Assembly (NCBI RefSeq): GCF_006345805.1
Contig: NC_042999.1
Location: 88,598,001-88,662,000 of the forward strand
Direction of reading: 5' to 3'
Origin: Octopus sinensis
Taxonomy: Eukaryota
Length of the DNA stretch: 64,000 bases
Program-made: the position numbers and the translations under genes
Notes under the pieces: model-generated
Databases searched by the model: none
What the model saw: the letters and a program-made list of their open reading frames with translations, nothing else
What the model was told of the DNA's origin: nothing
Shown: in pieces, positions 52,130 through 64,000 of the stretch
Numbering within the stretch: the first letter of the stretch is position 1
Layout: each line of letters opens with the position of its first letter

Positions 52130-53230
52130 ATCAAGATAGACTGAAATAGGCTGTGAGTAAATAGAAGAGAGAGGAGAAAGAGAGAAAAAGGAATGGGATG
52201 GGTGTGGGAAAGAATGAATGAGAGTGAAGGTAAAGTACAATCAAAAATCGAAATCAAAATAAGAAATAAAAAATAGAAATAAAGATAAGATTCCAGTATT
52301 ATTTTCCATCAGGCGTTAAGTTTTGGTGAAGTGGAGGAGGGAGGTATTTGTGTCTATTAATTAAATAGATTAATTCTAGGTTGGGTGTGGTCTGAGAGAA
52401 ATAATTAGTTCAGTGGTCAGTAGGGATAGATAAAAATAGATGTCTAGCTTAAGTGGGTATACATAGAATAAAACTGCAATTAAATGGATAAAAGACACAA
52501 ATTAAAGAACTAAAAATTAAAAATTAAAGGTTAAATTGAAAAGTTAAAAAATTAAAGTGTTAAAGAATTAAAGCTTGCTAGCTTCTAAGATACTTACGTT
52601 GACAGAGAAGAAAATGAAAAGAAAAACGCACGTGTATTGTGATGACCGTGGATGCATATGGGCAAGTGTTATGTGCGCTGATTTTGCTTGCATTTGGACC
52701 TATGGAAGAATCTAAAGGTGCGATAGAACTTATGCTTACATGTAGAGAATGCTTTGTGTGGTTTACTGAGTAATGGCGGTGAATTATGAATTAATATTCG
52801 GAGAGCTTCTTTCAGGCAGAGTCCACATGTTGGGTGCTGGCCTTGATATGGGACACCAGAATCTATTATAGCCCAGGATATCCTATATGGTATTTTCATG
52901 TTTATCAGATAGTGATTGGCTAGGGACATGAATTTGCTATGCTCCTCATACTTAAATGAGTTTAGATGTGCAAATCTCTGTTTAAAATTAATAGTGCAAA
53001 TCTCTGTTTAAAATTAATAGTAGACCCGATGTAGTAGCTAGTAGAGTTATGTAAAGTTTTGGACAATACTACGTTAAACCTTCTGCAGAGGGCTTGCAGT
53101 GAGCATTAACTTAATTCCAACTACCTAAATAGATATAATAATAACATAGGTCAATGCAGTGAAAACACTAACACCGAACATGATAACATGTACTTTACCC
53201 GTAATCCTAGCACTATACCGGCATAAACCA
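52130..53230 (-). mobile_element. Penelope-like element 3' part (GIY-YIG and terminal repeat)
   Basis: SYYIGSTINFKQRFAHLNSFK, SLANHYL..MKIPYRISWAII...PTCGLCLKEALRI...FSTCKHK; a 26-bp duplication at 52969-53020 breaks the frame. Confidence 0.8.
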
Positions 53231-53345
53231 AGATATGAATATCTCCTCTTTCGAGGAAGGTTGGAAAATGGCTAAAACGAATGTTAATACTAACAGCATT
53301 ACTATTACTAATGCTAATAACTCTAGCACCATCACTACTGCCATT

Positions 53346-53470
<125 letters not shown>

Positions 53471-54391
53471 GGGCCAATCCCCTAATGCCACCCTAAACTT
53501 TAACTTGTCGATAAATATCAAACTGAATAAAAAGTAAGCAACGTTTTGAAACATGAAATTCACCACAATATATTTCAACAATGCAGAAATTTTATTCACC
53601 AAAGTAAGTACCATTACAATCAGCACATTTTTGCCAATGAGTTACAAGTTTGTTTATTCAGGTAACATAAAAATTTGGAGTTCTGGAGCTGATGAACTCG
53701 TTGAACGCACTTTCAGCATCGGCTTGATTTTTGGATTCCTTCATTCGTACGAAACCATCAAGGTGTTTGAAAAAGTGGTAGTCAGTAGAAGAAATGTCTG
53801 GGGAATAAGCTGGGAGGAGAAGAACATCGTAGCCAAGTTCCCTCAACTTATGGAGCATCATTAGTGTGATCGAACATTGTCATGAAGAATGATTGGCCTT
53901 CTTCTGATGACCAGTCTGGGACGGAGGAGTAGCAGTTTTCCGTTCATTTTGGCAATTTCATGGCAATATGTTTCTGCAGTAATGGTTTTTCTGGGTTTTA
54001 AAATGTTATAGTGGATGAGTCCAGCAGTACACCACCAAACAGTCACAGTAACCTTCTTTTTGAAGCGCTCAGGTTTAGAGAAGGTTTTCAGTGCTTCATT
54101 TTGGTCCAACCACTGAGAAGAACCTTTTATTTTTATTATTGTACAGAATCCAATTTTCATCACAAGTTACAATACGGTCGAGAAATGGAACGTTCTGGTT
54201 ACGGAGAAGAAGCGACAATCATATTTCATATCTGCGCATTTTCTAATTTTCCTTCAAATCGTGTGGTACCCATTTGTCAAGCTTTATTGATTTTCCAATC
54301 GCATGCAAATGGTTGCAGGCAGTTTTCTAGCTAACTTGAAGTTCTTTTGCCAGTTCTCGAGTGGTTTTACATGAAACTTTCTCAATGACGA

Positions 54392-54978
54392 TGTAGTGAC
54401 CCTATAGCGGTGCGCGCTCGCGCACCGTCCATTTGTATTTCGCGCGTGTTGGTGCCTTTACCAAGGCACAGAAAGGAAGGGCCCTCTCGCGCATGCGCGA
54501 ACCACCGGAAGCACGACCCTGGCCAAGGCAGGGGGATCGTAGAACGTTTGACCGCTAGCAGCAGCAGCGGCGACTTGAGACAGCAGCGACCTAAGGAGCA
54601 GGACGTTAATATTTTCTCTCCGTTCGAACTGATTCTAGCAGTCCTTACCAAAAGGCCTTTAACCTGGATTGTTGCAGACATCATCTTCTTCTCTGGACGC
54701 CATTTTCACCCGTTCTGTTTTTGGCGGTGTAATATTGTAAATATTACAATCGATTAACTTTCAGCCTTGCGCGCCCAGAACCAAGGACATCAGATAACAC
54801 ACTTATTGTTATTGTTACCAAGAAAGAGAATAAAGTAGTTATATGTATATTTTACGTCTGCCTCTTGTTGTTTCTGACTGGTAGAATTCTGGATTATTAA
54901 AGCAACGGCTAGTGAGTGATTGCTTTCTTGTACCCCGAAAGTACAAGATAGATAAACACTCACACCAAGTTCGTTACA
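54392..54978 (+). repeat. 5' LTR, 587 bp
   Basis: TG...CA termini; AATAAA at 54829-54834. Confidence 0.95.
54408..54511 (+). promoter_or_regulatory. Putative U3 promoter module: GC hairpin, NRF1-type palindrome, ETS-type core
   Basis: CGGTGCGCG-CT-CGCGCACCG (54408-27), TCGCGCATGCGCGA (54487-500), ACCGGAAG (54504-11); motif match only. Confidence 0.35.
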
Positions 54979-54979
54979 C

Positions 54980-55000
54980 TGGTGGACCCCCGACGTGATT
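54980..55000 (+). other. Primer-binding site complementary to the tRNA-Trp 3' end
   Basis: TGGTGGACCCCCGACGTGATT versus expected TGGTGACCCCGACGTGATT; 1 nt after the LTR. Confidence 0.88.
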
Positions 55001-56520
55001 CTGGTCTAAAACCAGAGATCACTTAACAACAAAAAAATCCAGTTTTTCTGCGAAGTCGGAACACGATTTAACTCTACGCATTCATCTTTCGACGATTTGT
55101 TTCCGGCCACTACAAACAGTTGTAGAAGGAGCCTCTTTCTTCTTCTACAGCCATGATGACGGACGCCATCATATATTCGATGCCTTTTCTCCACCTTCGT
55201 CATCATCATCGTCGTCTGTCTACTTCACGTCGTCGCTATCTTCGTCGCCATCATCACTAAGAACGATGTTGTCTCAAGTCCACTACAGTCGCCTTCCTCC
55301 ACCACCGTCGCTTTCAACACCGTCGACCTCTACCAAGATGTACATAGCAACTCGCGGAAGTTTGGTCCACTTGCCGTTTGTGCATTAGCACACCAAGAAT
55401 TCACAGCCCAGCACTATCTACGAGATTTCTTCTGTTCCAGTTAACCTGTCACAGCATTGAAGCCACAACCGCTACACGATATGTGTTCAATCGGCATCTG
55501 CATTTGTGATTTCAACATTTCTGTTACAGAACGAACTGCTATTGTGCATCAGGCTATTACAGACTGGTAATTAACTCTTGTCTGGAATAGCACTTGAGAG
55601 ACATTTTTTTTCTATGCGCTGTATTTTTTGTATTTTGCTCGCATTCACCTTGTATGTATTTCTGTCGCACACACGTACACACACATAAATGATCTCTCTC
55701 ACATACATACGTCACACATGCTTTTCTCGCTTGTTTTTTCCATGCTAAATTTGCCTTTTGTGGACACCCCTCATTTCTATAGACCCTAGGGGTCACGTAT
55801 ACATAGAGAGGGTTGTTTGTTCATTATAACGCGCCAGCATGTCATACCTTTGTTCCTGTACGAACGAGGCATATAATCGCTCAACCACTGGCATATTCAT
55901 TGCTGTTTTTCGGTCTGGCAAGCTCTATTGCATTTCATGCACCTTTGCTTCGCACGTGTATTGCCTTGTTTTTTGCAACACGTTTGCAGTAGCTTAGTTT
56001 TTTTTTCCCCCGACTAATAGGACGTCGGATGTTCACATGCGCTGCGCCTATGTATGGGCGTAATTATTTTTCCCTGTTAGACCACTGTTGGTCACGTAAA
56101 TAACAGAAAATTATCTGTGTCGCGCATCACACCAGCATGTTTGCACTTTTGCCTTTTGTGTTACTAGCGAGCTTCTGTCAATTCCATTTCCTCTCCTGCA
56201 GCAATTGATTTAACTGCTATTTTGCAGGATCAACCTCCTTTAGAGAAGTTGGATTTTAATTTCGCCTAGGTACATTAACTGTGAGTTTGCTTTCCCTCCG
56301 CTCCTTTCAGCGGAAGGGTTTATACTTTTGTGACGTATACACTTTCATGCATGCACTCTTGATTTTTGCTCATTGAGTATTTTTTTCTCTTTTTCCTTTA
56401 GTAAATTTCTTGTGTATGTTATAAATTTTGCCATTATATTATTGTGTGCTATTTGGTTATCTGGTGTCCACCTTGAGTTTTGCAGTCACTACAATAAGTT
56501 TCCTTTCGTGCGTACGCACT

Positions 56521-56529
56521 GGAGGGGAG
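56521..56529 (+). other. Polypurine tract
   Basis: GGAGGGGAG, 2 nt before the 3' LTR. Confidence 0.8.
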
Positions 56530-56531
56530 CC

Positions 56532-57152
56532 TGTAGTGACCCTATAGCGGTGCGCGCTCGCGCACCGTCCATTTGCATTTCGCGCGTGTTGGTGCCTTTA
56601 CCAAGGCACAGAAAGGAAGGGCCCTCTCGCGCATGCGCGAACCACCGGAAGCACGACCCTGGCCAAGGCAGGGGGATCGTAGAACGTTTGACCGCTAGCA
56701 GCAGCAGCGGCGACTTGGGACAGCAGCGACGTTAATATTTTCTCTCCGTTCGAACAGGACGTTAATAGGAGCAGGACGTTAATATTTTCTCTCCGTTCGA
56801 ACTGATTCTAGCAGTCCTTACCAAAAGGCCTTTAACCTGGATTGTTGCAGACATCATCTTCTTCCTCTGGACGCCATTTTCACCCGTTCTGTTTTTGGCG
56901 GTGTAATATTGTAAATATTACAATCGATTAACTTTCAGCCTTGCGCGCCCAGAACCAAGGACATCAGATAACACACTTATTGTTATTGTTACCAAGAAAG
57001 AGAATAAAGTAGTTATATGTATATCTTACGTCTGCCTCTTGTTGTTTCTGACTGGTAGAATTCTGGATTATTAAAGCAACGGCTAGTGAGTGATTGCTTT
57101 CTTGTACCCCGAAAGTACAAGATAGATAAACACTCACACCAAGTTCGTTACA
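56532..57152 (+). repeat. 3' LTR, 621 bp
   Basis: Differs from the 5' LTR by about 3 substitutions, a 1-bp indel and a net 33-bp rearranged duplication. Confidence 0.95.
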
Positions 57153-57431
57153 ACGATCTTTAATTGACTGTCATCGATGACAGATGGGCTTCTACTACGC
57201 TCACGACATTCAAGGCTCAGGCCTTCACTGCGAAAGCGTTTAAACCATTTTCGAGCTGACCACTCACTGGTTATTTCCTCAGCGAACATTTCGTTGATCT
57301 CACGGGTAGTTTCAGCTGCTTTATGTCCTTTCTCGAAGTTGAATAGCAAAATTTCTCGAATATTGTGCTTTGACAGTTCCATTTCAGATGATTGTAACAA
57401 CGGTGAAAAAATATCAATGTTAAAATATCAA

Positions 57432-58545
57432 AAATTCCTCACAAGTGCTAAATTACCTTCTACAATTCCTACACCAACGGCCAAAAAATGTGGGCTCCCC
57501 TGCTGTGGGACTTGCATCTACCTTATTGAAGGCACAACATATAAATTTAAATCAGGATAGGCTTTTATCGTAAAAAAATCACTTTACATGTTCTTCAAGG
57601 AATCTGATACGTGCTATCAAATGTCAAGGATGTAATGAAGATTACATAAGTCAAACAAAGCTTACTCTAAGAAATAGACTGACCATTCAGCGACAGCAAA
57701 TACGAAACCCCAGTACTAAATAGATCCCACTGAGTGATCACATAGACATATGTGCAAAAAATAAGTTTCCCAAATTCTAGGTCTTCCTATTCTACCTATG
57801 TTCAGCGAATACTACAGATGAAGCACAGATAAACAAAGAAAATACTTTCATAAAAAAGTACAAACCAAAACTTAAACTTTAACAGAGAACATACTCAAAT
57901 AACTATTCACACACAAAATTAATTCTGCCACTTATTATGAAGAAGCTACGCAGCTAACAACCTAAATTTTAACCATTGAACTGCATACAAACTACTCGTG
58001 TCCACTCTTCCACCAGACAGATTAAATTTGGACTATCTTGATAATAACTAAACATGTTCTCTCAACCGTGTCGGCCTTCCTTTTAGGTACAAAATATAGT
58101 CATATGACACTAACGCACAGACGTAGCAGGAAACAAACAAAAGGTTATAAACTTAATCATGTGTTCATTCTCTACAAACACTTGACAGAAAACATTCAGA
58201 GCATTGATTGTTTGGACATGTTCAGTCAACCGTGTCAGCTTTAACTTACTACGCCAAACATTGTCACTTGATAATGACACACAGACATAGCAGGGAACCT
58301 ACAAAAATTTTTTAAACCAGTCATCACGTGACTATCCTCTACCAATCAAATCCTATTCAAAACATACTCTGTATAAAAACAGGACAAACTTCAAACCACT
58401 AGTCAGAAGCAAGACAGCTGTGACGTCTTTCTATTTGAACTTTTCGAAAATCATTGTAAACTGTGAAATCAGTTAAAGCTTCAAATATTTTAATATAAAA
58501 ATATATTAACTATTCTCAGTGTATTTTCAGCTTTTATTTTTCCTA
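57432..58545 (+). mobile_element. Penelope-like (Neptune-type) 3' fragment and terminal repeat
   Basis: LTSAKLP...KKCGLPCCGTCIYL (Cys linker), FTCSSRNLIRAIKCQGCNEDYISQT..LRNR (GIY-YIG), stop at 57882. Confidence 0.85.
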
Positions 58546-58574
58546 TATGTGTGTGTGTCTGTAAGTATATATAT

Positions 58575-58640
<66 letters not shown>

Positions 58641-58654
58641 TATACATATACATA

Positions 58655-58822
58655 CATATGATGGGCTTCTTTCAGTTTCCTTCTACCAAATCCACTCGCA
58701 AGGCTTTGATTGGCCTGAGGCTATAGTAGAAGACACTTGATCAAGGTGTCATGCAGTGGGACTGAATCTGGAACCATGTGGTTGATAAGCAAGCTACTTA
58801 CCACACAGCCATTCCTGCGCCT
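58655..58822 (-). mobile_element. SINE family A head
   Basis: ATGGGCTTCTTTCAGTTTCC...GGGACTGAATCTGGAACC...CTACTTACCACACAGCCATTCC. Confidence 0.85.
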
Positions 58823-59594
58823 AGGTGATTGGAATTAATGTAATGGATTGTACACAATCTCAGATGGGCAGGAAGTGGTTAATAACTAATCCAAGAATGA
58901 AGTAATCTTTAATTTTCAAAGAGAAATCTGAAAATTTTAATAGAATTTTGAAATTTGGTAAATTTGATGTTCTCCCCAGAGTTATGAAGTCTAGTACATG
59001 TAGTTAATTGAATTCATAAAGAGTTGTTGTTGTAATTCCTGTTATTACTGCTGCTATTGGAGTAGCTATTATTTGGAAATAGTACAGTTGTGTATGCAGA
59101 TGTGTGTGTGTCAGAGTATTTGTTTGCCTTTGTGCTTCTCTGAAAGCTTGTGAGCTAAAAGTGGTGATGTTGTCATACTTCATGTCAACATCAGCAGATA
59201 ATATGCTAGTGTATCTTCAGAGACATATGAATGAAAGATTCCTTACTTAAGAAACAAGCAAGGGTTGGCAACTGGAAGGATATCAGTAATACATTAAAAT
59301 AATGTCTCCATAATATATTCATCTACATAGGCGAACACGGAGAATTTGGCTTAAAAATGAAATGACAAAATGAGTGGATTAGAGACACATTTTGCCAGCT
59401 AAAACACCTGAGTTGTAAGGACTGTTAGATATAATACGTAAATGCTATGTGATTAACTCCATCTTGTAATGGAATGGGCAGCACTTCACTTAGATAAGAT
59501 TAATATTTAGAGTGAAAACTGCCGTTCAGATGTTGATTATTACTACTTAAAGAACTGCTGTCATCATCATAATCCTCATCATCATCATCATCAA

Positions 59595-59760
59595 TGTGGT
59601 GTATAGCTTAGTGGGCAAGGTATTTGGTTCATGATCATAAGGTGTTGAGTTCGATTGTTAGTGGGATATTGTATCCTTGAGCAAGACAATTTATTTCTCA
59701 TTGCTCCACTCTGCTCAGCTGTCAAAAATTAGCTGTACTTGTAATTCAAAGAGCCAGCCT
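59595..59760 (+). mobile_element. SINE family B head and core
   Basis: ATAGCTTAGTGG...GAGTTCGATT...CCTTGAGCAAGAC...CTCAGCTGTCAAAAATTAG. Confidence 0.65.
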
Positions 59761-59789
59761 TGTCACATTCTGTGTTATGTTGAATCTCC

Positions 59790-60070
59790 TCAACAACAGC
59801 ACAACTGTTTCTGTCCTCATTCTTGATCACTCTCTCTTTCCTCCTCTTGCTTTTCCCTCTGACTAGGTAACCAAGTATCTCCTTTACATCAGCACACCTG
59901 TTTCTGTCCTCTTCCTTGTACTTCACTCTCTCTCTGTTTCTCTCTTCTCTCTTCCTCTCACTCTCTCTCCTTCTCTCTTCCTCTATTTCTCTTCTCTCTT
60001 TCTCTCTATATTCTCCTCTCTCCCTCTCCCTCTCACTGGTTAACCATGTACCTCTTCTATAGCAAGACAT
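59790..60070 (+). repeat. RTE-UTR-type pyrimidine subrepeat block
   Basis: CTGACTAGGTAACCAAGTATCTC...CAGCACACCTGTTTCTGTCCTC units, as at 33.5-33.85 kb. Confidence 0.6.
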
Positions 60071-60714
60071 GCATAGCTGAAAGATTGCACATTTTATTAG
60101 ATCAAAGAATTCCATAACACTACTTAATTCCAAGTCCGAAATTTTCAGCAAATGCAAGCATATGGGCAAATTTCTTTTGTTGAACTGGAGGACACCATCC
60201 TCTCCAGATCGAGCAGCTGTCTCACAGACTTTGGACTCTTCTCCATTGAATTACTCAACACTTGCTAGTGGTGTAGAATATCATAGATTTGATTCATGAA
60301 TTGGGTAGTTCATTGCATTCTTGAGCAAAACCTCACTGTTTCAAATTTATCTGTGATCATTTTCATGTCTGATATGTAGTACATGGTGCACCTGTACAAG
60401 CCATGTTGACTTGGAGGAAGTGTGCTTACATGTAGCACAAACATTTGATCACTATTAGCAAATCATCAGTGCATGTGGTTCAGTAAGTCACAAACCTCTC
60501 AGTTGTCATTTACTACATATTTACAATATATGTATGTACATATGTATTCATGCATTATGTATGTATGTATGCATATTTATGTATATATTGTGTGTGTGTG
60601 TGTGAGCTCCATGTGTATGCATATTTTAATCTCAACTCTTTGCATAAAACCATCTCCCTTTCTACTATACTACCACTCAAATGTAGGGATCTTTTTTATG
60701 TTGTGAGTTACATG

Positions 60715-60900
60715 GTAACCTAACTAGAGCTGGTACCATGTAAAAGAAGACACCTAGTACACTTTAAAGTGGTTGGCATGAGGAAGGGCAGCCAACCATA
60801 GAAGTTGTGCCCAAACAAGCACTGGAACATGATGCAGTCCTCCAGCTTGGAGGGTCCTGGTAAACCATCCAACCCATGGCATGATGATGATGATGTAGAT
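60715..60900 (+). mobile_element. RTE 3' tail fragment
   Basis: GTGGTTGGCATGAGGAAGGGC...AACCCATGGCATGATGATGAT. Confidence 0.7.
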
Positions 60901-60911
60901 GTAGATATCTT

Positions 60912-60930
60912 GATAGATAGATAGATAGAC

Positions 60931-61005
<75 letters not shown>

Positions 61006-61054
61006 CAGATGGATAGATAGATAGATAGACAGATGGATAGATAGATAGATAGAT
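60912..61054. repeat. (GATA)n/(GACA) microsatellite
   Basis: Direct reading. Confidence 0.95.
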
Positions 61055-61309
61055 TCTAGGGTGAACATGGAATATAGAATTAGGTGCTGCTGGAACTCTC
61101 AACTCCTGATTGAGATGTTTGTATCTAGAGCATCTTAAACCCTGATGAGGGCCATCCCACTACAAGTTTGAACACAACCATTTGATGCAAAGAGAATGTG
61201 TGAGATGGAGAACGAGAGAGAGTGTGTGTGTGTATGTGCGTGTGTGTGTGTGTGTGCGAGAGATTGAGAGAAAGAGGAAAAAGAGAGTGAAAGAGGTGGA
61301 TAAAAAAAC

Positions 61310-61440
61310 AACCCAGTACTTGACTGGTACTTCATCAATCTCAAAAGATGGAAAACATAGTTAACCTTGGCAGGATTTGAACTCAGTGTGCAGAAATCCA
61401 AAACAAATACTACAAAGTATTCCATCCCACTCTCATACAG
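61310..61440 (-). mobile_element. SINE family C fragment
   Basis: CAGTACTTGACTGGTACTTC...GGATTTGAACTCAG. Confidence 0.6.
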
Positions 61441-61732
61441 TGTGGCAAGGGCAAACTTTACTGAGAAGCATGCCACATAAGTCATAGCTCACCACCAAGT
61501 GGGCTCACTACTAAATAAACACAAAGAATTTTTCATCAGATGTACCACTCAGAAAGTCCCACAGGCCACATACAGCCTATGACTGTCCCAGTGACTGCCA
61601 GTTGATGGAGATATTATGTATATTCTTCAAATACTCAGTAAAATACATTCAGTGAATTTGAATTCAAGAGTTGGTTTTATGCAAAGAGTTGGTGCTTTAA
61701 TATCTTATCCACTTCATTATTTTCCTCTTCTA

Positions 61733-61945
61733 AGGTGGTGAGCTGGTAGAATCATTAGCATACTGGACAAAATGCTTTGTGATGTTTTGTCCATTTTTAT
61801 GTTCTGAGTTCAAATTCCACTAAGGTCAACTTTGGCTTTCATCCTTTTGAGGTCAATGAAATAAGAACCAGTCAAGCAGTGGAGTCGATGTGTTCAACTA
61901 TCTCCTTCCCACAAAATTTCAGGCCTTGTGCCTAATAGTAGAAAG
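61733..61945 (+). mobile_element. SINE family C, near full length
   Basis: GGTGGTGAGCTGGTAGAATCATTAGC...GAGTTCAAATTCC...CTTTCATCCTTTTGAGGTCAATGAAATAAG. Confidence 0.85.
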
Positions 61946-63274
61946 GATTATTTTTCATTTGTGAGGGTCATAATAAACAAATACAAAATCTTTCACGTTC
62001 TGCCCAATTCTGTAGAACTTGAAACTGGCTAACCAACCAACTCGTCAGTCAATTATATTACTTGAAGGAAAACATATCAAAATTAACAATTCATCAATAA
62101 ACTGGCCTTTGTTAAGAAGAATTGGTTAACGACAGGCAAGACACTGGTTAGTGGCAGAGAGAGTGAGGTAGTTTTTCTCAATCCATGCCAAATGGAAAAT
62201 GAATGTAAAACCATTGATGTTGATGTGTGTTGAGATGTTACAGTAGTGGCATTGATAGTGGTGTTGGTGGTGATGGTGTTGGTGGGGGTAAAGATTGTGT
62301 TGATGTCAGTAGTGATGATAGTCGTGTCGGTGGTGATGACATGGTGGGTGGTAGTAATTGTAGTCAGTGTAGGAGAGGAGATAGATGATAACTGATATGG
62401 TGTTTAAGTAGTTACTATGTGCATTTTACCTTTTGATTCTATTTTGTTATCTTCTTCCCCCCCCCTTTTTTTTTTCATCCACCAAACATAGCCGACCTTG
62501 ATGGAAGGGAATTATCAAAAGGGAGAAAGTTACTGACGTGTTAAATAATGACTAATCATTTGCTGGAATAAAACATTTTATCTTGGAGAAAGGAAGAGGG
62601 AGATAATAATTTTTATCGACCAACTGTCAAAGCGAAATGGTGGTGGGATGGACGGTGGGGAAATAAAATACATTTTGCTGCTGCTCATTCTTTTTACATC
62701 TTTCATCTGATTTTGGATAATCACAGGTCAGAAACAGGAAATAGAATTAACAACAGAATGTGAAAATAGCAACAGAAATGCAAGCATTGACTTTAATACA
62801 GGATGATGGAGACAGAAACAGAGAATGTGCTATTGTTGCCAGCTGCATTGATCAATGAAGGATGGTGTTATTTAGGTCACAGAACATTGAGATGCACAGT
62901 GTAACTTAAGGAATATAGATAACTAATGATGTATCATGGATGTAGATACAACATAGAGAAGAGTTCATAAGTCTGTGAGATAATAACTTACATATTCTCC
63001 ATTTGTGTGTGAGGGGTGCATATGCGCACATGCATAAAAGCATATGTGAGAGAGTGGGTAAGTCTGGGGTTTGACTATACTGTTCATATATATGGAATAA
63101 TAGTATATGAGATTCAGTTTTGTATTCATACCAGAAGAGCATATTTTTGTACCTATCCTTATGGTTTTGTAGTTGATTCACTTATAAATATCTCTCAATA
63201 CAGCTTATGTCCCAAGTCTTATATTTAACAACTTGCCATATATGGTTTGTATATTCCTTGGTTAATATTCAAAT

Positions 63275-63495
63275 AGAAAGTAAGAGAGTGAGCTCACAGA
63301 ATTGTTAACTCTATGGGAAAAATGTTCGGTGACATTTCTTCTGTCTTTACATTCTGATTTCAAATTCCGCCGAGGTCGACTTTGTTTTCCATCTTTTAAG
63401 AGTTGATAAAATAAGTAGCAGTTGGGCACTGGGGACAATGTAATCGACTTACTCACCCAAAATTACTGGCCTTATGCTAAAATTTGAAACCAAAA
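63275..63495 (+). mobile_element. SINE family C
   Basis: GTGAGCTCACAGAATTGTT...TTCAAATTCCGCCGAGGTCGACTTTG...AAATTTGAAACC. Confidence 0.8.
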
Positions 63496-63500
63496 TTTAT

Positions 63501-63531
<31 letters not shown>

Positions 63532-63537
63532 GATATA

Positions 63538-63756
63538 CAAAAATCCCTTGCCATATCGCGGTTCACCTATTGTGGTTTATTTATTATTTGAGCTTATGTC
63601 GATTCCTCTGTGATGTTGCCTTGCATTTATAAAATAAATATATACAAATTATAAAAATAAAACAAAATATACAGTACAGTACTGTTTCTACTTCGCAGAT
63701 TTTCACCTGTCGTGGGATCTTGGAATGTAACACCCGCAATAGTCAGGGAATTACTG
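63538..63756. mobile_element. Tigger/pogo-type MITE
   Basis: Imperfect TIRs CAAAAATCCCTTGCCATATCGCGG / CCGCAATAGTCAGGGAATTACTG with TA on both sides. Confidence 0.7.
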
Positions 63757-64000
63757 TATATATATATTTATGTATATGTATAAATATATATAACACTCCA
63801 CTTTTTCCATTCAATCTTTCAAATTTTATATCCATACATTTTATGTATGGGTTATTATGTATTTATATAAAATGTTTTGATATATTTGTTGTATTTTTTC
63901 TAAATAGATGGTAATTACAAATTTTTCATTAACCCCGTAGGAAACCTTATGTAGAGGCTTGTTATGGATATATATTGTACAAATATCATGTGAATGGTAA

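Larger units (their letters stand above)
54392..57152 (+). mobile_element. Non-autonomous LTR retrotransposon (Ty3/Gypsy, CsRn1-like), 2761 bp
   Basis: Two LTRs TGTAGTGACC...TTCGTTACA, TSD ACGA (54388-91 / 57153-56), PBS, PPT, no pol ORF. Confidence 0.93.
53530..57436 (-). mobile_element. Mariner (DD34D) element interrupted by an LTR element; TIRs not seen
   Basis: Start at 57382 MELSKHNIREILLFNF...SVIDDSQLKIV; resumes at 54391 IEKVSCKTTRELAKEL; LDRIVTCDENWI, ILHDNVRSH, YSPDISSTDYHFF; stop at about 53592. Confidence 0.92.

Noticed and set aside
54410-54757. ORFs of 100-120 aa at 54382-54757 and 56373-56735
   Set aside because: They lie within the GC-rich LTRs, where stop codons are rare; no protein motif.

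Overview
Eukaryotic, AT-rich (roughly one-third GC by eye), repeat-saturated window with dense (TA)n/(CA)n/(TAGA)n/(TACA)n microsatellites. The SINE, RTE, Penelope and mariner repertoire looks like an octopus (coleoid cephalopod) genome; this is inferred from repeat style, not from a search. There is no intact long ORF, rRNA, tRNA gene or CRISPR array, and almost all ORFs in the track are microsatellite or decayed-transposon artefacts. Recognisable content: at least three tRNA-headed SINE families, RTE LINE fragments, an R4/Dong-type LINE relic, Penelope-like elements (YVDD RT, GIY-YIG, hammerhead-like terminal repeats), a full-length dead Tc1, two mariners, pogo/Tigger relics, a MITE, two Helentron/Helitron-like non-autonomous elements and two long fold-back elements. 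The clearest structure is a young 2.76-kb non-autonomous LTR element (54392-57152; TG...CA LTRs, tRNA-Trp PBS, PPT, 4-bp TSD, CsRn1-like) inserted in a mariner transposase. A few minus-strand exon-like segments (48.9, 45.1, 40.0 kb) may belong to an armadillo-repeat host gene whose introns hold the repeats; this is tentative. Boundaries of decayed repeats are approximate.
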